Notes: generated from the sequence alone by a model not told the origin. Numbered from the stretch's first letter, positions 1-10,431 are shown. The stretch: DNA of 64,000 nucleotides from Opitutia bacterium (GCA_003566885.1 PXBO01000060.1:144-64143), one strand, 5' to 3'. Made by a program: numbers and translations.

Positions 1-83
1 AATCCCGTCTCCCCGGAAGTCCCCGCCACCAACGTGTCGAGCAACCTCTCCTCAGACCACCCCTCGATGGCTCCCGTTTTCAT
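1..83 (-). CDS. 5' end of a gene running off the left edge; possibly a GAF/PAS sensor or sigma-54 activator
   Basis: ATG at 83 reads MKTGAIEGWSEERLLDTLVAGTSGETG and stays open to the edge. LVxGT(S/A)xETG resembles the N-terminus of FhlA-like/GAF sensor proteins. Only 27 codons are visible. Confidence 0.4.
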   Translation of the reverse strand, partial: MKTGAIEGWSEERLLDTLVAGTSGETG

Positions 84-327
84 GGGCTATTATGCGAGTT
101 AACCGGGCAAAGCAGCATGCCCTGATAACCCTCCATTTTCGACAAAAACGTCCGAAGCGCAATCGGCAAATTTGACATTGCCAGAAATTTCGCACATTTC
201 GAACGGGTACCGGACCTGCACGTAATCCGCTATAAACCGGCCGGGAATCCAGGCGGTCGTTGACAGCAACCGGAGGGTCACCCGATTCAACCCAACCCGG
301 GGGACCAGGTACCAAAACGGGATCCGT

Positions 328-353
328 TGGAGGGCGTGGCTCCGCCCACGCCG
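328..353 (+). repeat. REP-like hairpin, GGAG family, copy 1
   Basis: TGGAG-GGCGTGG-CTCCGC-CCACGCC-G; same layout as 8042-8070 and 42702-42730. Confidence 0.7.
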
Positions 354-527
354 CGGGGTCCGGTGTTCCAGACGTTTGGCGCGGTCGAATCGGAACCCGC
401 TGCCGTTTCGGTCCGGCACGTTTTGCGGCAACGGTCCCGCCAATGCGGGATTGCACTCCGGGAAATCCTGCGCGAAACGCGCAGAATTTCAGTAACAAGG
501 GACTAATACCGTCCAGTCCTGAAACGT

Positions 528-592
528 CGTGGCGACGGGGTTTACCCCCGGAGTTCGCCCCGGAATCTCCCGGGGTAAACCCGGTCGCCACG
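528..592. repeat. Inverted REP-like doublet (GTGG family)
   Basis: CGTGGCGACGGGGTTTACCCCCGGAG (528-553) is inverted against 567-592 with 2 mismatches in 26 bp. Confidence 0.75.
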
Positions 593-627
593 GATTTGCT
601 TTATCTTCAGATTTTTTTCATACGGCT

Positions 628-811
628 TAGAGTCAATGCCGCTCTCGGTTAAGCCCTCGATCGATATCGGTATCGGTATCGAAAATCCGCCAACACAGCT
701 GCTATCAATCACTTCGATTTGCTGCGCTATCTCCGCTTCCCTCCGTCGATAGCTATCCCGATCCCGATTTCGATATTGAATTGAAAGATCCTTAACCGAG
801 CATACGGCTTA
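628..811. mobile_element. MITE-like element, copy 1 (homologous to 41445-41606)
   Basis: Inverted CTCGGTTAAG (644-653) / CTTAACCGAG (791-800). Internal blocks AAGCCCTC, ATCGAAAA-CCGC-AACACA, TCAATCACTTCGAT and CGATATTGAAT-GATCCTTAACCGAG are shared with 41445-41606. Confidence 0.65.
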
Positions 812-881
812 GGGTTCATTATTTCCCGTGGGCTACACTCGTTTCCGGAGTTCAACCACGAATCAACCGCGGTTTTTGAGT

Positions 882-2189
882 TCAATTGCCGTTTCGCCCG
901 GAACGCTCCAAAGGCAGACGCACCGACAGGGGTCTATCTTCGCCGTCACGTCTGATAGTGACATGGCTGTAAACTTTCAGCCAACCGCCGTCGGTCGTCA
1001 TTTGAAAGTCACCGCCGGCCGGGTCGGGCGGCAGGGCTTCCAGGAAATCCGGAACCAGGTCCGGCAACGCCTCCGGCCAGGCGCCCTGCTCCAGACGATA
1101 CCGCTCCGCCGCCAGAAGGATGCGGCCCATCCCCATGAGGGCGTTGCTGTTGCGCTGGGTGCGAAACACTCGTTCGAAATAGGTGAAGGGGCCGAAAGCC
1201 GGACGTAGCAGGTAATAGTTCCAATCGAACTCGGTGTAGGGGTCACTGATCGCGATCTGCTCGTCGAGGTCCGCCGCCTGCAACAGGGACTCCATGACAT
1301 CAAGGTACCGCAACCAGTCGCGGTAATGGAGGCCGCTCAAGACGTACGCACGCGTGAACAATCCCAACCACCCGTCCTCCTCCTCCCAGATCCCCCCGGA
1401 CCGGTCCCTGAGCGTGGCGTTCATGATGGCCAATTCTCCCTCCAGCGTCCGTCGAAAAACCGGCGTTTCCGCTTCCTGAAAACTCGCATCGAAACGGAGG
1501 AGAAACGCTTCGGATAGCTCCGCCGCACTCAAGACACCTTCCAGCGCGTGGAGTCCGATCGACAGGCCCGCCACATGGGTCAGGTGTGATACGACCGTAG
1601 GCTCGTCCGCCAGGAACTTGGTCAGGTTGAGAATGGCTATAATGTCCTCCGCGGCCGCCGGCGGATCCCCCTCGTGAGCCAGCCGTCCCGCATTCAAAGC
1701 CAGCAACATCATTCCCTCCCGCATTGAAGCGATATGCGGCAGCGTCATGTCATGGCCGTCGGCGAAATCCATCGTAAACCGCGCCCCCTTTTTGTGTGAC
1801 GCCATCCGCAATCCCTCCAGCACCTCGGCATGGTTATCGAGAATCGCGGAAACCTCCTGATAAGTTTCCTCCGTGAACAAAGGCTCGCCCGGAATCCGTT
1901 CCCGAACCGGCCAATACCTCAAATTCCGCAAGGTGTTACGCTCCGTCTCGATGCGCGGAAAAATCTCTTCCAATAGCGGTCCGGCATCCTTCCCGGGATG
2001 CGGCCCGGAAGCGTAGTATCTCTCGGCCAGCCCCTCCAGGGTCACCGGTACCCCGGACCGCTCAATGCTTTCCAGACGTTCCGCCACCACCCAACGCCCC
2101 GCCACCCCGCTCATCCAATAAACGACAAAGGCCACGAGAAACAACACAGCCAACGCCGAAACCAGGGGGTGACGCCACAAGCGCTTCAT
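882..2189 (-). CDS. Membrane-anchored helical protein with a C-terminal GspG/pseudopilin-like motif
   Basis: 435 aa with an N-terminal TM helix. C-terminus LAAERYRLEQGAWPEALPDLVPDFLEALPPDP. Paralog of 13550-14968. Confidence 0.8.
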   Translation of the reverse strand: MKRLWRHPLVSALAVLFLVAFVVYWMSGVAGRWVVAERLESIERSGVPVTLEGLAERYYASGPHPGKDAGPLLEEIFPRIETERNTLRNLRYWPVRERIPGEPLFTEETYQEVSAILDNHAEVLEGLRMASHKKGARFTMDFADGHDMTLPHIASMREGMMLLALNAGRLAHEGDPPAAAEDIIAILNLTKFLADEPTVVSHLTHVAGLSIGLHALEGVLSAAELSEAFLLRFDASFQEAETPVFRRTLEGELAIMNATLRDRSGGIWEEEDGWLGLFTRAYVLSGLHYRDWLRYLDVMESLLQAADLDEQIAISDPYTEFDWNYYLLRPAFGPFTYFERVFRTQRNSNALMGMGRILLAAERYRLEQGAWPEALPDLVPDFLEALPPDPAGGDFQMTTDGGWLKVYSHVTIRRDGEDRPLSVRLPLERSGRNGN

Positions 2190-2246
2190 ATCGCAACAAC
2201 ACTTCCGTTACCGAATGAAACAGACAAGCCCTAACTTCAGACCATC

Positions 2247-2514
2247 CTGGATCCGCAGGCCATTCGCGAGCTCAAGAACCACATCCGACGGCAAGCCCAA
2301 CACGGCGGCGGGGTCATCATCAGTTCCCACCTGCTGCACCTGATCGAGGACCTCTGTTCCCTGTTCCCACCTCCTGGTCCTTCGCCGGGGAACGTGCCGT
2401 TATCAAGGGAGTCTCGCCCAATTCCGCGACGGCGCCCGGGAGGGAGGTTCCCTCGAAGACCACTTTCTCGCCGTCACGGCGGACTCGGAAACGGAAAACC
2501 ACGACCAACCGTGA
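2247..2514 (+). pseudogene. 3' remnant of an ABC-2-type ATP-binding protein
   Basis: Reads LDPQAIRELKNHIRRQAQHGGGVIISSHLLHLIEDLCS (D-loop to H-loop). A 7-bp duplication, CTGTTCC at 2354-2367, shifts the frame; the corrected frame continues to GSLEDHFLAVT and TGA at 2514. No Walker A region or start codon. Confidence 0.8.
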
Positions 2515-3415
2515 ACCCCTTGGAACTCCTTTTTCGCCTGCAAACCAGGGCGATTCTGAGGAACTTGTGGCGTCAGTTGAAGCGCCCGGCCGGGGCGCTG
2601 ATCGCGATCGCCGCCATCGCCCTGATCGGTTTTCTGGGCTTTGCATTCGTGGTCGATGGAATTTATCTGGACGCCGGACTGGTCGCGGTCTTTCTCCCGC
2701 CGAGCCTTCTCGCCTTGCTCCTGATCGTTTGCCACCGGAACGGCTTTCTCGGGTTGAACGCCTATGGACCCGGCGAAATCGATATTCTCTTCCCCGCTCC
2801 GGTGTCACGACGGCAACTCGTCATCTACGAACAAGCGTTTGATTTCTGTTTTTTCCTCGGCGCGTCGCCCTTTCTCGCACTTATGCTCCACGGCACACTC
2901 GGAGGAGTCGAGCGGGCCTTTCTCTTTTCCCTGATCGCGTTGCTCGTCGCGCAATCCCTCGTCTTCCTGCTCGTACAGCTCATCAACCTTTCAGCCCGCT
3001 ACTCGGCCCGCACGCCCGGACTCCTCCGCTGCCTGCTTTTCATCGCCGCCCTTGTTTGGGTCATCGAGGCTGGATTCAGAATCCGGTCCCCGCCCTAGGG
3101 TTCTCGGCCCTGTTCTTTCCGGCTTTGATGATTGGGGGTGCCATCAACCTCGCCTACCAAACCACGCTGGAGGAACCCATTACACCTCAAAGCCTGAACG
3201 GAGCCATCCACATGCTCGTTTCCATCTTTTTCGCGCTGCTCGGTCTCGTTTGCGCCGTTGTCACCGCCGCCGCCACCGCCTGGACGGTCACCCTGTTTCA
3301 CCCGTCGGCCCCATGGCTGGCGTTCGCCCTGGCCTGGCTGACGCTCGCCGGCATTGCCCTCGCCTTCCTTCCCGTCGCGGCACGGAGCTTTACGCTCCTG
3401 AATACAACGGATTGA
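2511..3415 (+). pseudogene. Putative ABC exporter permease, frameshifted or internally deleted
   Basis: GTG 2511 overlaps the ATPase stop. Hydrophobic ORF with EIDILFPAPVSRRQL runs to 3098; further TM helices continue in another frame (3056-3415). Confidence 0.65.
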
Positions 3416-3477
3416 CCTCCTCGTCACTCTCTGGTACGCAAGCATCGCGTCTGCTCCAATTCTCTTATTTCACTGCC

Positions 3478-6213
3478 ATGAGCGAATCACCAAAAAAGAA
3501 GATCCCCGCGAAAAATGCAGCCGAATCCCAACCTGCGGATTCCTGCTGGGAGAAAGTTTATCCCGCAACCTTCAAAAACAGGGAGGCGGAGGCGATCGCG
3601 GCCCGCAATGGAAAGACGACACCCGGTTCCTCCGGCGGGCGCAACACGAACCAACCGCGCGTCGGCCTGGCGCTTTCCGGTGGAGGAATTCGCAGCGCCA
3701 CCTTTTGTCTCGGGGTTTTGCAGCAGATGGCCCGCACCTCGGTCAAGGTCGGCCGCTCCGGCAAGGTTTCCCTGCTGCGGCAGGTGGACTATCTCTCGAC
3801 CGTATCCGGCGGCGGGTACATTGGCAGCTTTCTGGGCACACTGTTTGTTCGTTCCCACAGCCTCGCCCAGGTTGAGGCGCGGGGAAAGGAACCGGATGGC
3901 GAACCGGACACCACGCCGGCCGAACACGTCGAAGCCTGTCTGAGCGACACCCGCTCCGAACCGTTGAAGTGGCTGAGGGAGAACGGACGTTACCTCGCCC
4001 CCAACGGCACCGGCGACCTTTTGACCGCCGGAGCGGTCCACCTGCGCAACTGGATCTCAGTGGCCGTCGTGGTGGCGCTTACCCTATTGCCGTTGTTCCT
4101 GCTGCTGTTTCCGCTGGCTCACCTGGTTGGGCTTTCGAGCTACGTCAAAGAGAGTTTGCATACCTGCTTCGCCCGTCCCGAAGGCGCGTTCTGGTGGTGG
4201 AGTCCGGCCTGGGTGTTCGTGGGATTGGCGGGGATCGCAACCGTGGCCACGGGCGGCGCCTACTGGCTTGTATTCACCTCTTCGACACAAACTACCGCAA
4301 GAACAAGACCCCTCCGCATCCTGCGCCTGGTCGCGTTTATCGCTCCCTGGCCGGTGCTTTGGGTGGCCGGTATCCTCACCGAGGGGAGTTATACCCCCAT
4401 CGCGGCGGGCCTCACGATTACCGCCGTTCTGGCGGTTGCTTTGTATCTCGGGGCGCGCTGGCGTTCCGGGGCACTAAAGATGTCCCCCACCCCGGACAAC
4501 CTGCGCAAGATTCGAAACCGCCTGGCTCGCTGGTCGAAAGGCGCGCTGGCAGTTTTGCTCGCGACGGTCGTGTACGCCTTGGTCGATTCCCTCGGACAAT
4601 CGGTTTACGTGAGTCTTCACGAACGCGGGTTCGGCAGGACAATATTCTTCATCGCCACCGGCCTGGCCGTATTGCTCCCGGCCGTTCGCGCCATCTGGTC
4701 GCGAGCGAGCGAAACCAAGGAAGGACAACGAAGGAAGCTCCCGATCAGTGTGGTTGCGACGCTGATCTCCGTAACCCTCTTTCTCTTGTTCCTGGTCAAT
4801 GTGAACCTGTTGGCCCAAGGGCTGGCCTGGGGATGGGCGGCACCCACCGCGGGAGAGACCCTGCTTGAAACGTCGTGGTTGATCGCCGTATTGGCGCTGG
4901 GTATCAGCGTGCTGCTGGCCTGGGCCGGGTCGCACCTGGCATTCCTCAACGCCACCACCAGCAATACCCTTTACGGCGCCCGCCTGGCGCGCGCCTACCT
5001 CGGAGCGACCAACCCGGTTCGGCATCAGGCCGGCGCCTTCAATGTGACCGAACCCATGCCCGGCGACGACCTGGAACTCTCCGCCTACAAACCGCACGAG
5101 TGGGGCGGCCCGCTGCACCTTATCAATGTGACGTTCAACGAAACGATCTCTTCGAAATCGAACCTGGAAAATCGGGACCGCCAAGGCATGGCGTTCACCG
5201 TCGGACCGGCCGGTCTCAGCGCGGGACGACAGTACCACGCGACCTGGAAGGAGGACATCGGGAAGGTGATCGAACCGGTGGCGACCGAATCCCGAAGGAC
5301 TTTCGAGATGTTTCCGGAGTCCGGAGCGGTCGAAGACCTGACCCTTGCCCGTTGGGCCTCCATCTCCGGCGCGGCGTTCGGTACCGGACTCGGCGGACGC
5401 ACGAGTTTCGGCCTGAGCCTTCTCGCCGGATTGGCGAATATTCGCCTGGGTTACTGGTGGGACAGCGGGATCGAGCCCGAGGCGCATTTCGATGAGGGCG
5501 ACACCCAGCGCGGCGTGATGCGTCGCAACCCGGACCGCTGGTTCGCCCGATTCTTTCCGACGCAATCGTACCTGTTCGACGAATGGTTCGCCAACTTCCA
5601 CGGTCCGCGTCGCAGGCACTGGTATTTCTCCGACGGCGGGCATTTCGAAAACACCGCCGTTTACGAACTGCTTCGCCGCCGGGTGCGTCATATCGTCTGT
5701 TGCGATTGCGGCGCGGACCCTGATTACCGGTTCGCCGACCTGGCCAACCTGACACGCAAAGCCCGCATCGATTTCGGGGCGGAAATTCGGTTCGTCTCCC
5801 GCAACGAGTTGGTGGCCGCGTGCGACACCCAAAAGGTCGACCTTCCGCAAGAGGCCGGCAAGAGCATCGATTCGCCGGATACGTTTTGCAGGGCCGGGAG
5901 CGAAGAGAAACGTCCCAAACCACATGCGCTCCTGGCGGTGGTCCGTTATCCCGCCTCCACCTCGACCGAACCCACCCACAGCCTGATCCTGTTCCTCAAA
6001 CCCGCTCTCTCCGGCGACGAACCCGTCGACCTCCGGGAATACCAGGCCCGGCACTCCGCCTTCCCCCAGGAGCCCACCTCCGATCAATTTTTCAACGAAG
6101 CCCAATGGGAAAGCTACCGCAAACTCGGCGAACACACCGCCCAAAACCTATTCGGCGAAAGCTCCTCCGGTCCGTTCTGGTTCACCAAACTCGATCCCGA
6201 AAAATTCTTATAG
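3478..6213 (+). CDS. Patatin/cPLA2-like phospholipase with a multi-TM insert
   Basis: GLALSGGGIRSATFCLG, nucleophile motif YLSTVSGGGY and catalytic SDGGHFEN, with about 10 TM helices between them. Start moved to ATG 3478. Confidence 0.88.
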   Translation: MSESPKKKIPAKNAAESQPADSCWEKVYPATFKNREAEAIAARNGKTTPGSSGGRNTNQPRVGLALSGGGIRSATFCLGVLQQMARTSVKVGRSGKVSLLRQVDYLSTVSGGGYIGSFLGTLFVRSHSLAQVEARGKEPDGEPDTTPAEHVEACLSDTRSEPLKWLRENGRYLAPNGTGDLLTAGAVHLRNWISVAVVVALTLLPLFLLLFPLAHLVGLSSYVKESLHTCFARPEGAFWWWSPAWVFVGLAGIATVATGGAYWLVFTSSTQTTARTRPLRILRLVAFIAPWPVLWVAGILTEGSYTPIAAGLTITAVLAVALYLGARWRSGALKMSPTPDNLRKIRNRLARWSKGALAVLLATVVYALVDSLGQSVYVSLHERGFGRTIFFIATGLAVLLPAVRAIWSRASETKEGQRRKLPISVVATLISVTLFLLFLVNVNLLAQGLAWGWAAPTAGETLLETSWLIAVLALGISVLLAWAGSHLAFLNATTSNTLYGARLARAYLGATNPVRHQAGAFNVTEPMPGDDLELSAYKPHEWGGPLHLINVTFNETISSKSNLENRDRQGMAFTVGPAGLSAGRQYHATWKEDIGKVIEPVATESRRTFEMFPESGAVEDLTLARWASISGAAFGTGLGGRTSFGLSLLAGLANIRLGYWWDSGIEPEAHFDEGDTQRGVMRRNPDRWFARFFPTQSYLFDEWFANFHGPRRRHWYFSDGGHFENTAVYELLRRRVRHIVCCDCGADPDYRFADLANLTRKARIDFGAEIRFVSRNELVAACDTQKVDLPQEAGKSIDSPDTFCRAGSEEKRPKPHALLAVVRYPASTSTEPTHSLILFLKPALSGDEPVDLREYQARHSAFPQEPTSDQFFNEAQWESYRKLGEHTAQNLFGESSSGPFWFTKLDPEKFL

Positions 6214-6296
6214 GGCAATCTTGTGAATAGGGACACCTGTGTTTCGGCGGGCGGGGAACACGAGCGCGTTTCCCATCAGTGCAACCCGTCACGGAA

Positions 6297-6320
6297 GGCG
6301 CTCGCAAGCGAGCACGCCAC
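6297..6320 (-). repeat. REP-like element (GTGG family)
   Basis: Minus strand GTGGCGTGCTCGCTTGCGAGCGCC; 23/24 identical to 26792-26815. Confidence 0.75.
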
Positions 6321-6452
6321 GGTTGGATCGGTATTCCTCCGATTTTGAGAGCTTTGATGGCGGAGATGAAAACCGTGCAGGGGCGCTCCGCCACTCCGGT
6401 TTCAACCAGGCACAAGTCCCATTTTCCGAACGTTCGAATCCCTTTTGTCGTT

Positions 6453-7940
6453 CTACCGCGGTTCCAGTCGCCACTGCTGGTGGCTGGCTCCTTGATAAAT
6501 CCCGCTCCGCACCGGTGCTCCCTCGTCGGTGGAACCCTCGGTCACTTCGACAGTCCCTCCTGTATTTGAAGGAACGATACGGTATTCGCCGCCCATGGTG
6601 CGGATGAAAGTGAAATTCTGGTGCCGGTTGCCATCCTCTTCTGCAAGATGCAGACCTCTTTCCGTGTCGACCGTAAGCCATTGGCCGCTCTCTACATTTT
6701 GCAGCCGGAACCGGTTGCCGCCGGCGTCTTCAACTCTCCAATGTTGATGGTCGCCTCCGGTGTCGGACGCCTGCCGGACCGAGGCCTCGCTCCGCACCGC
6801 GGCTTCCGTCACCTCCATCACCCGGCCGCTATGGCGGGCGACCAACCGGTAGACGCCTTCGGCCACGGTTTCTCCGATTTCGAAGCCACAGGCATCACCG
6901 TGAGCCTCCCCGTTCACCCGAATACACACCTCGGTCGCGCCGTCCCAGATATCGACATCGTTGTTGCTGTTGACCACCACGCCATCGAACACCTGCACGT
7001 CGTTGGCTTCACGGTGAATGCTAACCCCCGATACGCGCGAGTCCGCGATATCGACGTAACCCACCCGGGCTCCGTTGACGTTGCCCATGTTGTAAAATCC
7101 GCGCGCGGATCCTCTCGAATGAATGTAGTCGATGCGGGCGCCACGGGTCACGTTGGCAAAGCGCACCGTCGCGTAGGTGCTTTCCGTCGCCACCCGTTCG
7201 CCGTAAACCGAGCGAATCCACACATCTCTCCCGTCGTTGATCTGGAGGCCGCTCCCCAGGGGAATATCGGAGGCGTTGACCCGATCGATGCGGATGTTGT
7301 CGACGCTGAACGTCTCCACCGCGTGGGTACGCGTGCCGCTGACCGTCACCGTGCCGATCCTCAGCCCGGAAACCCGGTCAGGAGAATCCCGGCCGGTAGA
7401 CATCGACGCCACCCGGATTCCCAGCCCCACCGGACTCTCGCCGGTGTGTTCGATGGTAATGTTGTCCAGGGTAAGATCGTTGCACCCCCGAAACCACAAG
7501 CCGTAGCGCGGGTTCCCCGTAACCCGGAGGTTGAGCACGGTGATTCCGTCCGTTCGGTCCCTGGCCACCGCCACCACCAGATCCCCTCCGTTGCAGTGGA
7601 CCGTATTGCCGTGAAAATCCAGCGTCTGATGTTCAAGCGGCCGAATGGCATAAACACCTTCACCGGGATTCGGCCCCGATTCTCCGGATTCCCGAATATT
7701 GATCGTCGCACCCGGAGCGGCATTCTCACAAGCGGTGTTGATTGCATCAAACATCCGGTCGCCCTCATAGAATTCCTCTCCGTTGACGGTCGCTCTCCAA
7801 ACACCGTCCCGAAGAAAAACCTCTCCCGTCGAAGCCGCGGCCCGCAACCCGGGAAATCCCGCACCAACCGCGGTTATTATAAAAACGAGAAAAATTCCCG
7901 GTTGAAAAATCCGGCCTGAACCCATTGTCAAATTTCGCAT
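6453..7940 (-). CDS. Secreted right-handed beta-helix (pectin lyase-like) protein with a C-terminal ricin B lectin domain
   Basis: Signal peptide, parallel beta-helix repeats, and C-terminal YRLVARHSGRVMEV..QHW..QQWRL (QxW) repeats. Start uncertain (7946, 7940 or 7925). Confidence 0.8.
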   Translation of the reverse strand: MRNLTMGSGRIFQPGIFLVFIITAVGAGFPGLRAAASTGEVFLRDGVWRATVNGEEFYEGDRMFDAINTACENAAPGATINIRESGESGPNPGEGVYAIRPLEHQTLDFHGNTVHCNGGDLVVAVARDRTDGITVLNLRVTGNPRYGLWFRGCNDLTLDNITIEHTGESPVGLGIRVASMSTGRDSPDRVSGLRIGTVTVSGTRTHAVETFSVDNIRIDRVNASDIPLGSGLQINDGRDVWIRSVYGERVATESTYATVRFANVTRGARIDYIHSRGSARGFYNMGNVNGARVGYVDIADSRVSGVSIHREANDVQVFDGVVVNSNNDVDIWDGATEVCIRVNGEAHGDACGFEIGETVAEGVYRLVARHSGRVMEVTEAAVRSEASVRQASDTGGDHQHWRVEDAGGNRFRLQNVESGQWLTVDTERGLHLAEEDGNRHQNFTFIRTMGGEYRIVPSNTGGTVEVTEGSTDEGAPVRSGIYQGASHQQWRLEPR

Positions 7941-8041
7941 AAGCATTCTCCCGTTTTTCTCTGCCGGCGCCAAAGCGGCATCATGCAATTGAATTCGCAG
8001 TCCCTTATCTCTAAACTCTTGCGCAAAACGCGCAAGAGATT

Positions 8042-8070
8042 CTGGAGGGCAACGCTCCGTCGTTGCCGCC
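8042..8070 (+). repeat. REP-like hairpin, GGAG family, copy 2
   Basis: CTGGAG-GGCAACG-CTCCGT-CGTTGCC-GCC. Confidence 0.7.
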
Positions 8071-8102
8071 GGAGGGCTTCCGTGTTCCCTATCGCCGGGG
8101 GC

Positions 8103-10409
8103 TCAGAAAGTGACTTCCATACTGATGCTGGCGAAACGCGGGTGGCCGGGACGGGGGCCGTGGGGAAGGCGCGAAGCGATGTAGTCCCGGTCGAGCAGGT
8201 TCTGGACGCCGCCGATGATTTTGGCGTTGTCGGTCAGGCTGTAATGTACCGAAACGTCGAGCAGGAAGTAACTGTCGTTTTTCCCGAAACGGGCGTCGGG
8301 CAGGCCGGTGTTGGGATTGACCTGTTGGCTGCTGTTGTTGGCGGACGCGTAGGTGGACGGCACGTAGAAGCCGTCGAGGTACGTTCCCCAGCGACCGATT
8401 TCCAGTCCGGTCCCGGCCGAGATCTGGTACTCGGGAACGTAGGGAAGCCGGTTGCCTTTCTCGCCGCCGGCAAACACCGACTCGACCGCGCCGCCACTGT
8501 CGCCGTCCGCGTTGACATCGCTGCGGATGGTGGCGTCGGTCAGCGTGATTGCCAAACGGTTGGGATTGCGGAAACCCCAATTGTAGGCGATGCCCGGATC
8601 GAAAGCCACCGCCAGCTCCAGGCCGGCGGTGCGCACGTCACCGGCGTTTTCGGTTTCACCAGTGCCGGCGCCGCCGATGTTGTCCGGGACGATCAGGTTA
8701 TCGAAATCGGTCCAGAATAAGGTCGCTTCGGTCTGGAAACCCTGACGGTTGTTATACCGCGTTCCCAGTTCGTACCCCAGTGAGCGCTCTTCGCGCAGGC
8801 CGCCGTTGATCCGGTCTCCCGGCGATGGCGTGGAAAACCCGCGATGCACACCGGCAAAGTAGGTCAGGTTGTCGGTCTGAGCAAAGGTCAACCCGATCCC
8901 GGGAGCAAAGACATCGAGGTGTCCGCGGGAGCGGACCGTCTCGGCGCCGCGACGGTCGGTGATGCGGTAACGGAGGTGTTCGTAACGGATGCCCGGGGTC
9001 ACCGACCAGGGACCGAACTCGGCCCGGTCCTGCAGGTAAACGGCAAAGGCGGTGGTCTCGCTGCGGCGATCGTCCTGGGACCCCGGCTCGCCGCGGAAGC
9101 GTCCGTCGATCGTGCCGTTGGCAAGTTGGTTGTAATTGGTCTCTTCCTGGAAGCGATCCTCGAAGTCGTGATGCCAGCGCAATCCCAACTCCAGGTTATG
9201 ATCGATCGTTTCTCCCATGATTTGCGACCGGTAAACCTGTTGCACACCGTAGGAATCGTAGCTGCGGTTGTTGTTTCGGTAGCGGAGAGTGCCGGCGGCT
9301 TCGCCACGCAGGACGTCCAGATGAGCGCCGTCTTCCGCCAGGGCACGGGAGAGGTTGCGGCGGTTGGCCGCGCCGGGACGGCTGGCGTCAATGGAGGCGT
9401 CGGTGGAAACTTCATGGAGCTTGTACCAGGCCCGCTCGAACCGGTTGAAGTAGCCGGTGGTGGTAATCTGAAAATCGGGCACCGGCTCGATGGTATGGGT
9501 GAGCGAAGTGCGCACATGTGAGGTGTCGATGGTGTCAAAGCGGCTGGCCGCGTAACGGCGGTAGGGGTCGCGCCGGAAATCGGCATCGGTCAGACCGAGG
9601 TAGGTTTCGTCCGCATTCATGTCCGTGTACCCGAATTTGAACTCCCAACGCTGGTCCGGGCCGCCATGTGGCTCAAAGGAAAGTTTCACCATCGGCTCGG
9701 TCTTGGTGAACCCGGTACGATCGCCGCGCTCGAAATCCGGAGTTTCATCGATCGTCTTGAACCCTTCCGTGGTGCGGAAATAATGCTCCACCAGCACCCC
9801 GACCGTCCCCGATTCGATGTCGGTGGACGTTCCATAATAGGCGTGAAGGCGGGCTTCATTGTTGTCACCGTAGGTTCCGCGCAGGTAGCCCTGGGACTGG
9901 AGCGGAATCGGAGTGGAAAGGTAGTTGAGCACACCGCCGGTATTATGCGGGCCGTACCGGACCTGGCTGGAGCCTTTGATCACCTCCATGCCGCTCATGC
10001 GGCCGGTGGTGGGCGTGTAGTAGGCGGACGGGTTGGAATACGGTGCGGGCGCGGCGAGGATGCCGTCTTCCATCACGGTCAGCTTGGAGGTCCGCATCGA
10101 GCCCACCCCCCGCAGACTGATATTGGGAAACAACCCGTAACCGTCCTCCGTCCGGAAATAGGCGCCCGGTACCCGGCGGATCACCTGGTCTATGTTGTCG
10201 TACCCCTGGACCCGAATCTCCTCCTGATCCAGGTAAACCGCCGCCCCCGGCAGAGCCTCAATTTGTTCGCGGGTACCCACCACCCTCAACGGGTCGAGTT
10301 CCAGTGGCGTTTCCTCGGCATTCGCTTCCCCGACCACCAACCAAGGCGTCACCCCAGCCAAGCCCCAGGCCAGGCATGTTTTCCAATCCATCGCAGATTT
10401 CATTGTCAT
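8103..10409 (-). CDS. TonB-dependent receptor, FecA-like (probably iron uptake)
   Basis: 768 aa with signal peptide, TonB-box-like LDPLRVVG, plug motifs (RRVPG, NISLRG, EVIKGSSQVRYGP..GGVLN), NLLDRDY and terminal Phe. Confidence 0.92.
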   Translation of the reverse strand: MTMKSAMDWKTCLAWGLAGVTPWLVVGEANAEETPLELDPLRVVGTREQIEALPGAAVYLDQEEIRVQGYDNIDQVIRRVPGAYFRTEDGYGLFPNISLRGVGSMRTSKLTVMEDGILAAPAPYSNPSAYYTPTTGRMSGMEVIKGSSQVRYGPHNTGGVLNYLSTPIPLQSQGYLRGTYGDNNEARLHAYYGTSTDIESGTVGVLVEHYFRTTEGFKTIDETPDFERGDRTGFTKTEPMVKLSFEPHGGPDQRWEFKFGYTDMNADETYLGLTDADFRRDPYRRYAASRFDTIDTSHVRTSLTHTIEPVPDFQITTTGYFNRFERAWYKLHEVSTDASIDASRPGAANRRNLSRALAEDGAHLDVLRGEAAGTLRYRNNNRSYDSYGVQQVYRSQIMGETIDHNLELGLRWHHDFEDRFQEETNYNQLANGTIDGRFRGEPGSQDDRRSETTAFAVYLQDRAEFGPWSVTPGIRYEHLRYRITDRRGAETVRSRGHLDVFAPGIGLTFAQTDNLTYFAGVHRGFSTPSPGDRINGGLREERSLGYELGTRYNNRQGFQTEATLFWTDFDNLIVPDNIGGAGTGETENAGDVRTAGLELAVAFDPGIAYNWGFRNPNRLAITLTDATIRSDVNADGDSGGAVESVFAGGEKGNRLPYVPEYQISAGTGLEIGRWGTYLDGFYVPSTYASANNSSQQVNPNTGLPDARFGKNDSYFLLDVSVHYSLTDNAKIIGGVQNLLDRDYIASRLPHGPRPGHPRFASISMEVTF

Positions 10410-10431
10410 TATTCTCGGTTCTTATTGCAAA

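Noticed and set aside
413-426. CGGCACGTTTTGC as a sigma-54 promoter
   Set aside because: GG-to-GC spacing is 8 nt rather than the required 10.
660-780. ATCGGT/ATCCCG hexamer runs as a possible CRISPR or iteron array
   Set aside because: No regular repeat-spacer structure and no cas or rep gene; explained as MITE interior.
3052-3477. N-terminal extensions in the ORF track (also 14718, 41079, 44303, 50266, 61738)
   Set aside because: They overlap other genes or intergenic repeats; homology motifs or signal peptides begin at later ATGs.
4474-6144. 556-aa antisense ORF, and similar long ORFs at 10551-11888, 25540-26850, 27897-30095, 37663-39510 and 55860-57368
   Set aside because: Shadow ORFs opposite well-supported genes, expected at high GC; no protein motifs.
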